A stretch of 53,808 bases of DNA, from the IMG/VR virus record IMGVR_UViG_3300027586_000011, positions 1-53,808 of that record. One strand, written 5' to 3'. Source of the stretch: a virus (taxonomy: Duplodnaviria; Caudoviricetes). The position numbers and the translations under genes were made by a program. Below, piece by piece: positions 30,201 to 38,783 of this stretch; the first letter of the stretch is position 1, and the number at the start of each line of letters is the position of its first letter. The notes under the pieces are model-generated. The model searched no databases and was not told the origin of the DNA. It was given only the letters and a program-made list of their open reading frames with translations.

Positions 30201-31322
30201 GCAAAAAATGAAGAACTACGGACAAAAGAACTTGAAGATGCTGAAAAGAGCATAAAGGCTCAAATAGATGCACAACAACTTGTGGTAGATGCAGCACAGG
30301 CTGCTTCAGACATTCACTCAAAGATAACTGCTGATCTTGCTTTGCAGGATGCAGAACTTGCAAGTCAAGAAATTGCCTTAGCAGCAATTGTTGATAGCGT
30401 TGTGGATATAGATGACACAACTGGATTGACACTTGAGGACTGGAAAACTCTTGCTGAGAAAACTCTAGATGTTGAGGGATATGCTCAAGATATTGCACAA
30501 GCACTACTTGCAAGCGAAGGAAGTTCAGCAGCAATCGCTGCTTCGTGGGCAAGCATACTTGAGACGATGAAGAATCTACCAAAGAGTATTACAACAACAC
30601 AATTTATTAATACAGTTAACACCGTAACTACAAAGACAGTTACAACACCTGCAGATCCAACATCAACAGCATCAACAGCAAATGCAGCAGTCGATGCAGC
30701 AACAAAAGCAAAAGATGCTGCACAACTAGAAGTTGACACTGCAGATAAAAATTTACAAGAGGCATACAACAAAGGACAATGGTATAATTTCTCTTCTTTA
30801 CAGGGTATCCTTGCCGATAAAAAGTTAAAATTAAAAGATGCAATCACAGCCTTAGATGCTGCCATTGCAGCAGCAGCAGTCAAAAAAGAGCCAACGCCTG
30901 AAGAGGTTGCAGCAGCAAAAAAGAAAAAAGATGAAGAAGACGCAGCAGCAGCCCAAGCAGCAGCAGACAACGGAACATCTAGTTCCAACTGGAAACCAGG
31001 AGATCCATTGCTGTATCGTGCTAAGGGAGGAATGATTAACCCAATGAGATTTGCTATGGGTGGTTTTGCAAAGGGCTCAGATACAGTTCCAGCGATGTTG
31101 ACACCTGGAGAATTTGTTATGAGTAAATATGCTGTTCAATCACACGGAATTGGGAATATGAAAGCAATAAATAGTGGTGCCCCACTCGCTGGAGATTCAG
31201 TGTATAATTATAGTGTTAATGTTGCTGTGCAGTCAGATGCTAATCCAGATGAAATTGCAAGAGCAGTAATGAGACAAATAAGACAAGTAGACTCACAGAG
31301 AATTACGGGGAATAGAAACTAA
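21270..31322 (+). CDS. Tape measure protein (3350 aa)
   Basis: TTG start with SD-like AGAGGG. A/Q/K/E-rich helical composition; TP901-type core (GINASEGANALKSGL, AIEQLFGK); several hydrophobic segments; position after the chaperones. Confidence 0.92.
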   Translation: MSDVNANISINFDTGQALASLRQLQAGLSRFNQSLTQGNVAAANAQKGLNDQLMQAINATGKFVATQKNIATSTSSFTSALEKNQLSMREYFRYTAAAATANTKVFKNMFAQEREIINRARKDRVKSLQAQYIQLSDASGNFVKTLQVVPKHLQMVNGQYADYATRMQMAAQRQQFLNQLLKQGSTQLLNFGKNTQWAGRQLMVGLTIPLTLLGSTAAKIFMEMEKATVKFSRVYGDMTTSGDATNKAIADIQRLGKEFTKYGVAVKDTMEMAASAAAMGLTGNALNAQVIAATRLSVLGQVEQQQALETTISLTNAFGIATQDLANKINFLNAVENQTVLSIEDLTIAIPKAGPVVKQLGGSVEDLAFFMTAMKEGGINASEGANALKSGLASMINPSKKASEFLAGLGVNIKGIVEANKGNLKGTIVGFAQALDTLDPLNRARAIEQLFGKFQFARLSTLFQNVTKDGSQASRALALAGASVEELAILSERELGKVEDATGVKFKKSIEDLKNQLIPIGKAFLQAATPIVEFVGKLLTKFNNLSEGTKKTVAIIVGVVGGLAPVVLMTFGVVMNALANGIKLFAKLREGVAKLNGSNNVLGGGFDYLTQEQIENVAQTNALHTSHSQLISTFNIEKSAVDGLAAAYGNAASQARTLAASSPGLFNTVPGPAGAVSGLPKKPIGFAQGGVVPGRGDKDTVPAMLTPGEVILTKDTVRNNPELVAALQNNSFKKYHDGTGGGSEDIAASLRERFTSTSAPGSEAFKGRMKTLVDGAMSQTQKGVERVIRFAAESGVTITAEQTDQIEFYRKEMLKSVRQAGDALVGAIDLTKDQIKDRLKTMSPIAGTQAAPNRNTFDLVDKHGSQNLSETFGHLTPGVRMSGPQTRERLEPGSKVATEIDAIERAAKHLNNLPQSDPRRPKTPIVPEFNVVSGLGIDGMSQETNTLLKNGTKNTQEFLNELGNVGPVQAWDTLMKQNGLTIEENGREIEILHAKFKAFVADLATKKKVISDADVTGFLTGIENDPDISPRMKNAVSRSNNTITAARLSGVSSTDGANIEDVVRSGEVKVPGLVDRTKFKIAKSGSAQGGESVSNRVNGIGFYDAEVEKQLAAEAETLRPPRVRATPEAEADAELEGEKIGKAATRGVRKGAKTESPSTDGIEVGKDIAEGVVIGLQQGTPGVVSQSEQLGNAAVPKEVINEKMDVGNKAFYDDLNNPEDYEERQILKSEDRQRRKLGKARASVGKTDIDNKQFYDDIDTPEFREQRQILKSQDRHRRKLAAVGQVGAATPTDVPSQTAQLTAASSKRVTTATEKLAVKTEEAAIAQAQIVQQIKDESRSRVTIKGNTVNIGKARELADKAENEAAITKARAHALEAEQAKQKKSNSPTTITDEQVLAAKEKANAAELEYTQIRKELAEQGIGAAQPAEIKKDQEVMSNGTVEAGDGMRRIVEGTDDTADSTVLVADKTDELASITGEAVDAQMANTTNLITGSKLTNATTQNLGEVLQATDQTGLAQGDLAESSENTARLSKDIEEKKRKENELAKKRLARLMAEESVDGVIPPGTQSASKYINPEEAMGAEEAYDYAMGSDPDPNDPTDKGQTGFTKDKFGKILIDPETGNPTHLTKKELTKKTRGLRKEKVSKISGKAAGALGTATMVAGMAGAPPQVTAALGAAATVAQFAPALAGMGPIGWAVAGIAAVGASAYLVNKHFEGMAKAQAEYVRNTTASSEKLKAIGELNGVVGANEKMNKRRENGQLQGYNEVERKGTDYGVKYLENATGKLMMDSLKTSINKTGAKEAAEEVALQLAAQVSDGVLTAEQAKSVAYQIGLNLKDSTMTMNINGNLRALIGPNGEDLINDPFTARMRLVAVSENKTKTAKANIKKAQKENIGWSWMGLKKSGANEAAQVAALSGAAVEMALLQADSMAVYVEKQKETLEAQKAITKDKAEQLRIDTQLANLDSMSARANARVAVSVDNAVDQTDGIITGQSGITNTNPILGMMSGKNPIDALTGGYGIGAQGIGMAILQSTMPGVGGILGSLLNRDGRVEDAYFDANKDDVKAKYKGTSQEASAQRVLDLGAKADEDASFKGDKIAGRKFEAKLQILMSSGVMDPDSIENLLRIFGGDYKKLNTMLTVGIKMHGGAKMAELTGLLGSTNDASAKKIIVRMVRKNPKEFDKIARALALIKASDGLEVSMDLMLTNMTQYELDQLANKLDIIDKMKTPIEQEVIIKYGKDHEVDMSGIIEDWDYYGQMKPEVRKEAVATYVMLKEFLMSFDSPEAKKQWAIDTAKAAAEMVGEEGDAKYQETYEKTYKLIMLDDTGAAASGLVQTKYGEDPNLAILTAGNIGDPPEKKDRDTTYDDLLKRLRNVRNAAIDASKGVKELNAALAASGAKSVQNRFEGISQQLRSKGVNEEFIEYLKGLDTKDLKKFAFVATKKGTQKYTEKVGKRNKDGSIAKDKNGKVIMVNKEQKYKAGDLVLTDLGNQMKRGGEKAIIGEFQEAQKISLRNLKDQETVQRKLSALGYDQIAIERILGDEMSTQIIASNRLTKEELARSAALAKEVSLREKINGLIETGKEALKLAANIKKAPQLQEFFDKMKSQGINLSPAAMQGMLTDPAQLDAAIAAMALYEDGADGALGKLQEIVTALEAIKANSNIQLALEFAAKDNYGKVQAGAAAAQRVMDTRRVAYNNMTPAEIQKQTVTNARTGVTTNAGSIGYASAVKNKFGDEKTAAALEASIAGKSLAGVQKERDALAKRSAVAAAAANVSQQMLSSAQDALSKLQEGLSKTLDGINKKYDEIIKGQQKSIETLNKRLNDEFDKKIKLKQERIGMLSNDLTLMDKQAESINEKYDAQVTALQEVQRVQEAITAQQQQQLGLADALTQGDLSAAARAAQEIRAANAAQYGGGQFEALDLSRKNELDSLKGAESGLTRKQITEEQFQIQQDLYKLETDPVRKKILEDIEKLTEAIAKNEELRTKELEDAEKSIKAQIDAQQLVVDAAQAASDIHSKITADLALQDAELASQEIALAAIVDSVVDIDDTTGLTLEDWKTLAEKTLDVEGYAQDIAQALLASEGSSAAIAASWASILETMKNLPKSITTTQFINTVNTVTTKTVTTPADPTSTASTANAAVDAATKAKDAAQLEVDTADKNLQEAYNKGQWYNFSSLQGILADKKLKLKDAITALDAAIAAAAVKKEPTPEEVAAAKKKKDEEDAAAAQAAADNGTSSSNWKPGDPLLYRAKGGMINPMRFAMGGFAKGSDTVPAMLTPGEFVMSKYAVQSHGIGNMKAINSGAPLAGDSVYNYSVNVAVQSDANPDEIARAVMRQIRQVDSQRITGNRN
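24891..25109 (+). repeat. Degenerate 30-aa duplication (43-aa period) within tape measure
   Basis: NKAFYDDLNNPEDYEERQILKSEDRQRRKL vs NKQFYDDIDTPEFREQRQILKSQDRHRRKL. Confidence 0.85.
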
Positions 31323-32047
31323 TGCCAAACTCATACGCATATATGCGAGGTAGACAAAAATACCAAAGACCACAAGGAGTCTTATGGTCTGAGAACTCTG
31401 GAACATTAGTAGAAGATCCATCAAGTACTACAACCCCAAAACAAAAGGTTTATATTCCAACAGGTATTGAGATAGGAGCAGATCCAGGTTTGGCTACTGG
31501 AGATGATGTTCTCAATCAGTTCTTAATATTATCAGATGACAATAGAGGTCCAATAGATTTTAATCCAACAAGAATTGAAAAACGGGAGAGAATGATTAAT
31601 GGTCGTATGCGATCATATCATATTGCAGATAAACTTAGCATAAGTTTAAGATGGGAAAACCTTCCTTCAAGATCACACGGACTAAATCCATCATTTAATT
31701 CGTCTGGTAAGACATCTTTAATAGATGAAGGTTTGAGAGAGCCAGGAACAGATGGATTATTTTCACAACTTCCAAATATTACAATACAAAATCAACAATA
31801 TACTACAGATGGTGGCGCTGGCGGAGTAGAACTTTTAGATTGGTATGAAAATCATCAAGGATCATTTTGGATGTATTTATCATATGACAAATATAAAAAC
31901 TTTGGATCAGACAATAAAGCATATGGACATCTTCCTCAATATAATCAACTAATAGAAGTATTCTTTTCAGATTTCAAATACACAGTTTCAAAGCGTGGAA
32001 ATATGATGGATCTATGGAACATTGATGTAACCTTGGAAGAGGTATAA
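31322..32047 (+). CDS. Probable distal tail (Dit-like) protein
   Basis: First gene after the tape measure; RERMINGRMRSY and WNIDVTLEEV motifs. Confidence 0.6.
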   Translation: MPNSYAYMRGRQKYQRPQGVLWSENSGTLVEDPSSTTTPKQKVYIPTGIEIGADPGLATGDDVLNQFLILSDDNRGPIDFNPTRIEKRERMINGRMRSYHIADKLSISLRWENLPSRSHGLNPSFNSSGKTSLIDEGLREPGTDGLFSQLPNITIQNQQYTTDGGAGGVELLDWYENHQGSFWMYLSYDKYKNFGSDNKAYGHLPQYNQLIEVFFSDFKYTVSKRGNMMDLWNIDVTLEEV

Positions 32048-35000
32048 TGTTTGAAAACGAAGAACTCAAGAATCATCTTGAGACATCCTCAGTAATTAAA
32101 ACACAGTCTGCGATTATTGCAGAGTGGAATATGAATCTGCCAGGGAATATAGACACAATTGGAAATTACAGGTATAGACCAAATAGCCCAGAATCTGTAT
32201 ACGAATCTCTTCCAAATACATTTGTTGCAGAAAATGATCAAAGCGCTACTAGATTTTATTACGGGGCCACAGACTCTGATGTTGTTATTGATGGTACATT
32301 TACAGACAATGGACTTCCAACAACCTTGATGTCTAAGGGTGACAGGAATGCCCTCTTATACTCCCTAGAAGACTGTTTTAAGCCCTTTAGACCAAGGTCT
32401 GGGATCAATAAGGCCAGGGTGATGGACAAGTCCTTCATACACCATCCTAACTCAAATATGGCAAAAAGACCAAGATTTTATATATCAGACAAAAACGACG
32501 GGTTCAAATATTGGTCGTCATTTAGAAAAGAGATACAGTATAAGTATACATACTCAGACTCTACAGTTAGATATGGATTCCTTCCAACATTTGTAGATAA
32601 TGATGCAAGCCAGACAGTCAGAAATGCTGTATTTTTTGATAACAAAGAGTATGGAATATCAAAGCAATCTGGTTCAAGATACTTAATAGACGATACAGTT
32701 CCATTTGTTGTATACAAAGAATCTCTACCAGCAAACAGAGTCGTGTTAAAAATGCAGACTGGTGTCGGAGATGTTGACCTAGGAATAACTTCAGATCCAT
32801 TCTTTGGCTATGCAAACCAAAGAACCCCCGTTAAATGGAAAGTTCAATATTTAGAAAACAACAGTTGGATAGATATGCTTTCATTTAATGAGGCATCGAC
32901 GAGAGCCGACGGAAGTAGAATTATAAAATCAGATGGATATGTTGAACTGGCATATGGATTAAAAATTCCTAATGAGTATAAGGAAATATTTATCTATGCA
33001 GAAAGATATTCGTCAGAAGTTCCATTACCTAAAAAATCTGTTAATGGATACGCTTACTTGATTGCAAATGATAATGAGATTGGTCAGTTTTATATTTGGC
33101 TAGATAGCATAAATAATTATGCAAAGTTTAAACCTTCCTATGGGTGGTATCTGCAGGAAGAAACAGTTGAAAGATTAACAAATTTTGTTACTGATCTAAC
33201 AGCCCCAGACTATTATGTAAACTCAACTGATGGAAAAAACACTTATAGAGAGTTTCAAAACATACAAGGGTTAAGAGTAGTTGTCGAAAGCATAAACACA
33301 AATTTATCTGTATTTGATTTAATAGAAATATCTCCAAGACTTTCTGTAAACCTAACAGATAAAGCAACAAGTTTTTCAGTTAAAAAGGCTCTTTCTGATC
33401 TCGGCAAGAGCGGTCTTCCAGTAGGCCAACTTCTATCCGCAACTGGAACTCTCGAACTGTTTGATTTTGATGGAGCGTTTAATGAAAATAATCCAAACAG
33501 TATGATTTCTAAATATATTTCTAGGCATACCCAGATAAAGTTTTATGATGTTGTTTCAGATGTATCTGGCTATGACTATTTTATTCCTATCAAGACAATG
33601 TACGCATCTGGATTTCCTAAGTCAAATGATAAAGACAGAAGAATAACTCTAGATCTTAATGACCTATTCTTTTATTTTGATTCAATCGATGCACCACAAA
33701 CAGTTATGACAAGCGTATCTCTTAGTTCTGCAGTGTGTATGCTTTTAGATTCTGTAGGTTTTGCTAACTATACATTTAAAAGACTCCCAGGAGAAAAAGA
33801 ACTTATCATACCGTATTTCTTTATACAGCCAAATATTTCTGTAGCAGAAGTTTTACAAAGTCTAGCAATCTCAACACAGAGCGCAATGTTCTTTGATGAG
33901 TATAATAATTTTGTTATTATGAGCAAAGACTACATGCTTCCATCAAATAGCGAAAGAGAATCTACATTTACATTCTATGGATCAACAGACCAAGAACATC
34001 TAGGTGCAATAGAAAATAAGCCTACAAAGCCAAAACTTGCAAACATTATTGACCTTGTTTCTAGTGATAATCTTGTTTATAATGGAGGGAAAATTACATA
34101 TAGTCCAAAATATATTCAAAGAACATTTGGATCTATTAAGCAAGCAAGCATGATTGACAACCAAAAAACTTGGAGATATAAACCAGTTCTTCTTTGGGAA
34201 ATTGCTGGAACAGAAAACTTAAAATCAATAAACAATGAGGTTGGAAATATGTCCTCCTACATGTTAAGCGCAATTCCTTTAAATTCAGACTTGTCAAATC
34301 AAATACCAGTCGTATCTAATAGAGCAATTACAAATAACATAATTGATTTCGGAGAAGGTGTATATTGGATATCTAGGTACAATGGATATTTTTATAGTGG
34401 CGGAGAAGTAGTTAAGTATGACGCTGTAGAATATAATGTTACTGGAACTGGAAATGTTTGGATAACAAACTCTAATGAGTATAATGATTACTTTGGATCA
34501 GTTCCGTTTAACGGAAAAATATATCCAACAGGTCGTGTAAGAATTTATTGTGAGCCAGAGTATGAAACGGTGTCTGGTGTCCTTAAATTAAAAAATGGTA
34601 AAGTTGCAAAACATGGTAGAGGACAATTTGGAACACCAGTAGTTGTTCATTCTGCTGGCATTAATCCTAGATGGTATGACAATGCAAATGTCCGTGGCTG
34701 TGTTATGGATTCTAATAAATATTTGTTTACAGATACTGCACTTACAGCCCCAGGATCACTTACAAAAGATTTGTCATTAGAGGAGGGTCCTGCAGGAATA
34801 TCAAACACTTTAGCCCAGTCAACTGTAAGAAATGGCATCATTAAAAATTTTATGTCGACATACCTGGGAACAGAAACAGACCTAAACACAAGAAGAACAA
34901 CACAATCAGGAAGCATACAGTCTTCTGCATTAATGATGAATGGACCAGCATTTACAACTTCAGAGAAATCAACTGATTTTATTTCTTATGTATATAAACC

Positions 35001-36444
35001 ACTAGATAGCAAATTCAAACATTTTGGAACAAGAATGAGAATCATTGGAAAACTGACAACTGGTAACGATGGGCAGTCTGCAGTGGGATCATCAACATAC
35101 TATGTGGTTCCAGGAACTACTCCAGATAAAAACATAACTGTGTCTGGCGGTTCTGGTGGTCTAGGCTTAATGTTAAACCCAGAAAATAATAATGGATACT
35201 ACTTTGAAATTTCAGCACTTGGATCAAAGAAGATAGATAACAAAGCAAATAAATCTAATGTAAACAATGTTATGTTTTACAAAATAATGAAAAAAGCAGG
35301 AACAACTGAAGCAGTTCCAGTAAAACTTTGGGAAGGACTTGCAAATATTATTGTTGATGATGGAAACTTTACAGGACAATACAGAATGGCAAATGAAAAA
35401 AATCCAACTGTTTATGATCTTGCAGTTGAATATTTAGATATTGGAAAAATAAGAAAATTCTTTTTATATATAAATGGAACATTAATTAAAACAGTTGATG
35501 ACGAAAACCCTCTTCCAAAGTATAACAACATGGCAGCATTTGTTCGAGGATCATCAAGAGTTATGTTTGAGAATATGTATGCTATATCAGAAAACTATTC
35601 ACAGATACAAGGAACAAAAATAACCACTCCAGTTCAGTCTATATTTGATGAAGACGGAATTGATACAAACGAGTCATTCAGAAAACATTCTATGAGCGGA
35701 GTAATTCAAGGAACATATCTTAGCGGTATTGGTTCTTCTGAAAATCCAAGCCACAACATTTACTTTGAAGAGTTTGGCTCAATTATGAGAGAGGCTGCGA
35801 CATTTAATGTTAAATACGATAAAGCATTTCCAGCATTATATGCAAAGATGTCTCCAACCTTTAATAGAATAAAAGGATACACCGTGTCTGGATTTAGAGC
35901 GGGATCTTATGGTGCAGAGTTTATGATTTTTAATGCAACAGATACAGCCCTTAGCCTAGACTCAGGTTCTGGAAACTATCTTAGAATTCAGGGAGTTACG
36001 TTTACACAAGAAAATAAAAATGAACTAACAGTAGACAAGTTCTTTACAAAAAATAGTGACTTTTCCAATCCATCATTTAATGGAGAGGATATAGTTACAT
36101 CTCCGATAAAAGCATCTAAAGAATATCAAGATATTAAGGTTAGCAGAATGACCTACGGAGTTAAAGAGTTTTCTCTAGAAACCCAACACATTCAAACAGA
36201 AGATGCAGCCACAGAATTAATGTCTTGGCTAGTAAATAAAATAAGTAAGCCAAGAAAGTCTGTAGGTCTAAAAGTATTTTCTATGCCGATTGTACAACTT
36301 GGAGATATTGTTAAGATTGATTATGTCCAAGGTGGAATTAATAAAACTGGAGATCCAGAAACAGAGTATGTTGTGTATTCTATAGACTACTCTAAAAACT
36401 CATCTGGACCAGACATGACAATTTATTTAAGTGAGGTATCATAA
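32047..36444 (+). CDS. Large tail tip/hub protein
   Basis: 1465 aa after the Dit-like gene; AMFFDEYNNFV and PIVQLGDIVKI are hub-like motifs. Confidence 0.65.
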   Translation: MFENEELKNHLETSSVIKTQSAIIAEWNMNLPGNIDTIGNYRYRPNSPESVYESLPNTFVAENDQSATRFYYGATDSDVVIDGTFTDNGLPTTLMSKGDRNALLYSLEDCFKPFRPRSGINKARVMDKSFIHHPNSNMAKRPRFYISDKNDGFKYWSSFRKEIQYKYTYSDSTVRYGFLPTFVDNDASQTVRNAVFFDNKEYGISKQSGSRYLIDDTVPFVVYKESLPANRVVLKMQTGVGDVDLGITSDPFFGYANQRTPVKWKVQYLENNSWIDMLSFNEASTRADGSRIIKSDGYVELAYGLKIPNEYKEIFIYAERYSSEVPLPKKSVNGYAYLIANDNEIGQFYIWLDSINNYAKFKPSYGWYLQEETVERLTNFVTDLTAPDYYVNSTDGKNTYREFQNIQGLRVVVESINTNLSVFDLIEISPRLSVNLTDKATSFSVKKALSDLGKSGLPVGQLLSATGTLELFDFDGAFNENNPNSMISKYISRHTQIKFYDVVSDVSGYDYFIPIKTMYASGFPKSNDKDRRITLDLNDLFFYFDSIDAPQTVMTSVSLSSAVCMLLDSVGFANYTFKRLPGEKELIIPYFFIQPNISVAEVLQSLAISTQSAMFFDEYNNFVIMSKDYMLPSNSERESTFTFYGSTDQEHLGAIENKPTKPKLANIIDLVSSDNLVYNGGKITYSPKYIQRTFGSIKQASMIDNQKTWRYKPVLLWEIAGTENLKSINNEVGNMSSYMLSAIPLNSDLSNQIPVVSNRAITNNIIDFGEGVYWISRYNGYFYSGGEVVKYDAVEYNVTGTGNVWITNSNEYNDYFGSVPFNGKIYPTGRVRIYCEPEYETVSGVLKLKNGKVAKHGRGQFGTPVVVHSAGINPRWYDNANVRGCVMDSNKYLFTDTALTAPGSLTKDLSLEEGPAGISNTLAQSTVRNGIIKNFMSTYLGTETDLNTRRTTQSGSIQSSALMMNGPAFTTSEKSTDFISYVYKPLDSKFKHFGTRMRIIGKLTTGNDGQSAVGSSTYYVVPGTTPDKNITVSGGSGGLGLMLNPENNNGYYFEISALGSKKIDNKANKSNVNNVMFYKIMKKAGTTEAVPVKLWEGLANIIVDDGNFTGQYRMANEKNPTVYDLAVEYLDIGKIRKFFLYINGTLIKTVDDENPLPKYNNMAAFVRGSSRVMFENMYAISENYSQIQGTKITTPVQSIFDEDGIDTNESFRKHSMSGVIQGTYLSGIGSSENPSHNIYFEEFGSIMREAATFNVKYDKAFPALYAKMSPTFNRIKGYTVSGFRAGSYGAEFMIFNATDTALSLDSGSGNYLRIQGVTFTQENKNELTVDKFFTKNSDFSNPSFNGEDIVTSPIKASKEYQDIKVSRMTYGVKEFSLETQHIQTEDAATELMSWLVNKISKPRKSVGLKVFSMPIVQLGDIVKIDYVQGGINKTGDPETEYVVYSIDYSKNSSGPDMTIYLSEVS

Positions 36445-36998
36445 TGGCTAGTCTTATACCAGGAGATGTTAGCATTATGCCAATTCCTAGGGCTCCAGGA
36501 GATGTTAGCATTATGCCAGTTCCAGAGACTCCAACAACAACTAATCCAGGAACAACCCCGCCTGCAACAAAGATAGCAAGTCCAGATCTAATAATTATAA
36601 GAGATGAAATACTTCCTATTGACACAATGACAGACCTAGTGTTTGAAAATATTGGTGGACACGAACTCATAAATGTATCTAGACACGATTTAGTTAACGG
36701 CATAGATGTGTTATACCAGCCAATTAAAAATCTAAGCACACTATATCTTCAATATAATCCAGAAAACATTTTAAGACTTCAAGATACAACTCAGTCATAT
36801 TTTAAAAACTTTCCAATTCAGTATTCAAACAAGATACCAAATGTTGGCACAGGTTCTAACGGTGAGACTATATACATAGAAGAAGAAACTGGGGATTTAA
36901 TCATAAATGTGATAAACCTTGCAAAAGGAGAGCAAGTCGAAGTTCAGGTTCTAGCACAAGGAGAGGTATTTGATGATACAATATATGGTGGAGTGTAA
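36444..36998 (+). CDS. Minor tail protein
   Basis: Coupled by TAATG in the tail-tip operon; Pro/Thr-rich N-terminus. Confidence 0.5.
   Translation: MASLIPGDVSIMPIPRAPGDVSIMPVPETPTTTNPGTTPPATKIASPDLIIIRDEILPIDTMTDLVFENIGGHELINVSRHDLVNGIDVLYQPIKNLSTLYLQYNPENILRLQDTTQSYFKNFPIQYSNKIPNVGTGSNGETIYIEEETGDLIINVINLAKGEQVEVQVLAQGEVFDDTIYGGV
36459..36518 (+). repeat. 24-nt exact direct repeat (36-nt period) encoding PGDVSIMP twice
   Basis: ccaggagatgttagcattatgcca at 36459-36482 and 36495-36518. Confidence 0.9.
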
Positions 36999-37000
36999 AA

Positions 37001-38134
37001 ATGATAACTGAATTTGGCAAGGGAATAATCGGAAAGTACCTTATTGGTCAAGCACCAGCGTATGCCTCATATATTGCTATTGGCTGCGGACCAACTCCAA
37101 CTGAAGCAAACTCTCCAGATGTAGACTATTCGGCTAAAAAAACTCTTGATCTAGAAATGTTTAGGGTACCCGTAGTATCAAGAGGGTATGTAAACGATAA
37201 CGGGATTAACAAGGTAGTGCTAACAGCAGAACTACCAACAGAAGAAAGATATGAGATATCAGAGATAGGATTGTATTCTGCAGGATCAAACCCTTCAGCG
37301 TCTGTAAATGACAGTAGAACAATCTTTGCTTTTGATGACTCAAAAGAATGGGTTGTTGGTTCTGGAACGGCAATTCCTACAATATCAACTCCACTAGATG
37401 CTGGTGATGCTGGCGTTGACGATTTGGGCACAGATGAAATATCAGTAACTCATCCAGTATTTAAAACAAATGCAGACAACAGAGCCTTTGCTAATGTGAA
37501 TAGAGTTGCAAGATATGAAAGATGTAGATTTTTAAACAGAATGCTTATTGTCCGTGGGGATCATTCTACTTTAGGAGTTGTCACTACTAATTCTGTAAAT
37601 CATTTAAATCCAACAGGCGGTTCTTATATATCTTTAAGCGGAGAATCTCTCAACTTTACTCAAAATGCTCCAACAGATGAACTTAAACTTGCTTTCTCTG
37701 TTATAAATAAAAATCCAAGCCCATCATTTTTTCCAGACAAAGTTAGAATCTTAATTGATTTTTCTTCATCTGCAACATTTGATGCTGATGAATGGGCAAG
37801 GTTTGAAGTTATTTTAGATAACTATGATTTTGAAGCAAATAGATATATTGTAATAACAAAACAATTGCAAGATCTTTATAAGAGTGCCCCTGGATTTTCT
37901 TGGAACTCTGTAGACAATGTAAGAATTTATACATCAGTATTAAAAGCAGATGCCACTTCTTCTGATTTTTATGTAGCATATGATGCACTAAGATTAGAAA
38001 ACAAAAATGAATCAAATCCACTCTATGGAATGACTGGATACACTGTAATTAAAAACACTAATGCTAAGACAATTGTAAAGCAAGCAAACAAGACAAGTTA
38101 TGTAGAATTTAGATTTGCTATGGATGTAGGATAA
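37001..38134 (+). CDS. Minor tail/baseplate-anchoring protein
   Basis: MITEFGK..I...YIAIGCG...EISEIGLY resembles fibre-attachment N-terminal domains. Confidence 0.55.
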   Translation: MITEFGKGIIGKYLIGQAPAYASYIAIGCGPTPTEANSPDVDYSAKKTLDLEMFRVPVVSRGYVNDNGINKVVLTAELPTEERYEISEIGLYSAGSNPSASVNDSRTIFAFDDSKEWVVGSGTAIPTISTPLDAGDAGVDDLGTDEISVTHPVFKTNADNRAFANVNRVARYERCRFLNRMLIVRGDHSTLGVVTTNSVNHLNPTGGSYISLSGESLNFTQNAPTDELKLAFSVINKNPSPSFFPDKVRILIDFSSSATFDADEWARFEVILDNYDFEANRYIVITKQLQDLYKSAPGFSWNSVDNVRIYTSVLKADATSSDFYVAYDALRLENKNESNPLYGMTGYTVIKNTNAKTIVKQANKTSYVEFRFAMDVG

Positions 38135-38307
38135 TGGCAACCCCAGATTTAGGAATAAAAAAGGTTACAGTACTAGCAGCAGACCTCCCAGACCTGCCTA
38201 TTGGATCAACAAAGTATATTGTTAGGTTTAGATTTGTTTCTGATGACAAAAATAGAACATCTCACTGGTCCCCATCTCAGGAAGTTGATCCGTCTAATCC
38301 AGCCTAA
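38134..38307 (+). CDS. Small hypothetical protein (57 aa), missed by ORF track
   Basis: TAATG-coupled ATG; MATPDLGIKKVTVLAADLPDLPIGSTKYIVRFRFVSDDKNRTSHWSPSQEVDPSNPA fills the gap. Confidence 0.7.
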   Translation: MATPDLGIKKVTVLAADLPDLPIGSTKYIVRFRFVSDDKNRTSHWSPSQEVDPSNPA

Positions 38308-38321
38308 TAAGGCTGCCTTAG

Positions 38322-38330
38322 TGGTATAAT
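38322..38330 (+). promoter_or_regulatory. Extended -10 promoter (TGGTATAAT), near-leaderless
   Basis: ATG 38340 lies 9 nt downstream with no SD. Confidence 0.6.
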
Positions 38331-38339
38331 AGAATAACT

Positions 38340-38783
38340 ATGCCAAATATTCCAGCATTACCTGAGCGTGGCCAGCCACTAGATGTATCATATATATATA
38401 AAATTGTAGAAGCATTGACAGACATTAATAATGCTATTACTGTTTCAACTGGAAAAACAATAACTATTGACACAGTAACAACAGGACCTCAAAGTGGAAA
38501 AACATCAGATGCCAAGATTATTGGCGGATACAAAGAAATCGTTAGCGGTACAAGCGTAACTGCTGGAGAAGAAAAATCTTTTGATTATCCATTTTCTGAC
38601 TACAAGTATCCACCAATTGTTACTGCAACAGCAGTGAATATCAGCGGATCTGATGCAGGTAAAAATGTGTCCATTGTTTTAAAGCCAGTAACAACCAATA
38701 AGGTTGAAGGTGTTATTAGATTTAATTCCGCAGGTAACGCCACTGTTGGAATTAACCTTGTGATAATTGGTATACCTAATTAA
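38340..38783 (+). CDS. Minor tail protein with small beta-sandwich (H-type lectin/gp53-like) C-terminus
   Basis: F..YKYPPIVTAT...INLVIIG pattern. Confidence 0.45.
   Translation: MPNIPALPERGQPLDVSYIYKIVEALTDINNAITVSTGKTITIDTVTTGPQSGKTSDAKIIGGYKEIVSGTSVTAGEEKSFDYPFSDYKYPPIVTATAVNISGSDAGKNVSIVLKPVTTNKVEGVIRFNSAGNATVGINLVIIGIPN

Noticed and set aside
31024-31034. Internal SD (AGGGAGG) and ATG near the tape measure end
   Set aside because: Only 1 nt between SD and ATG; explained by the AKGGM coding motif.
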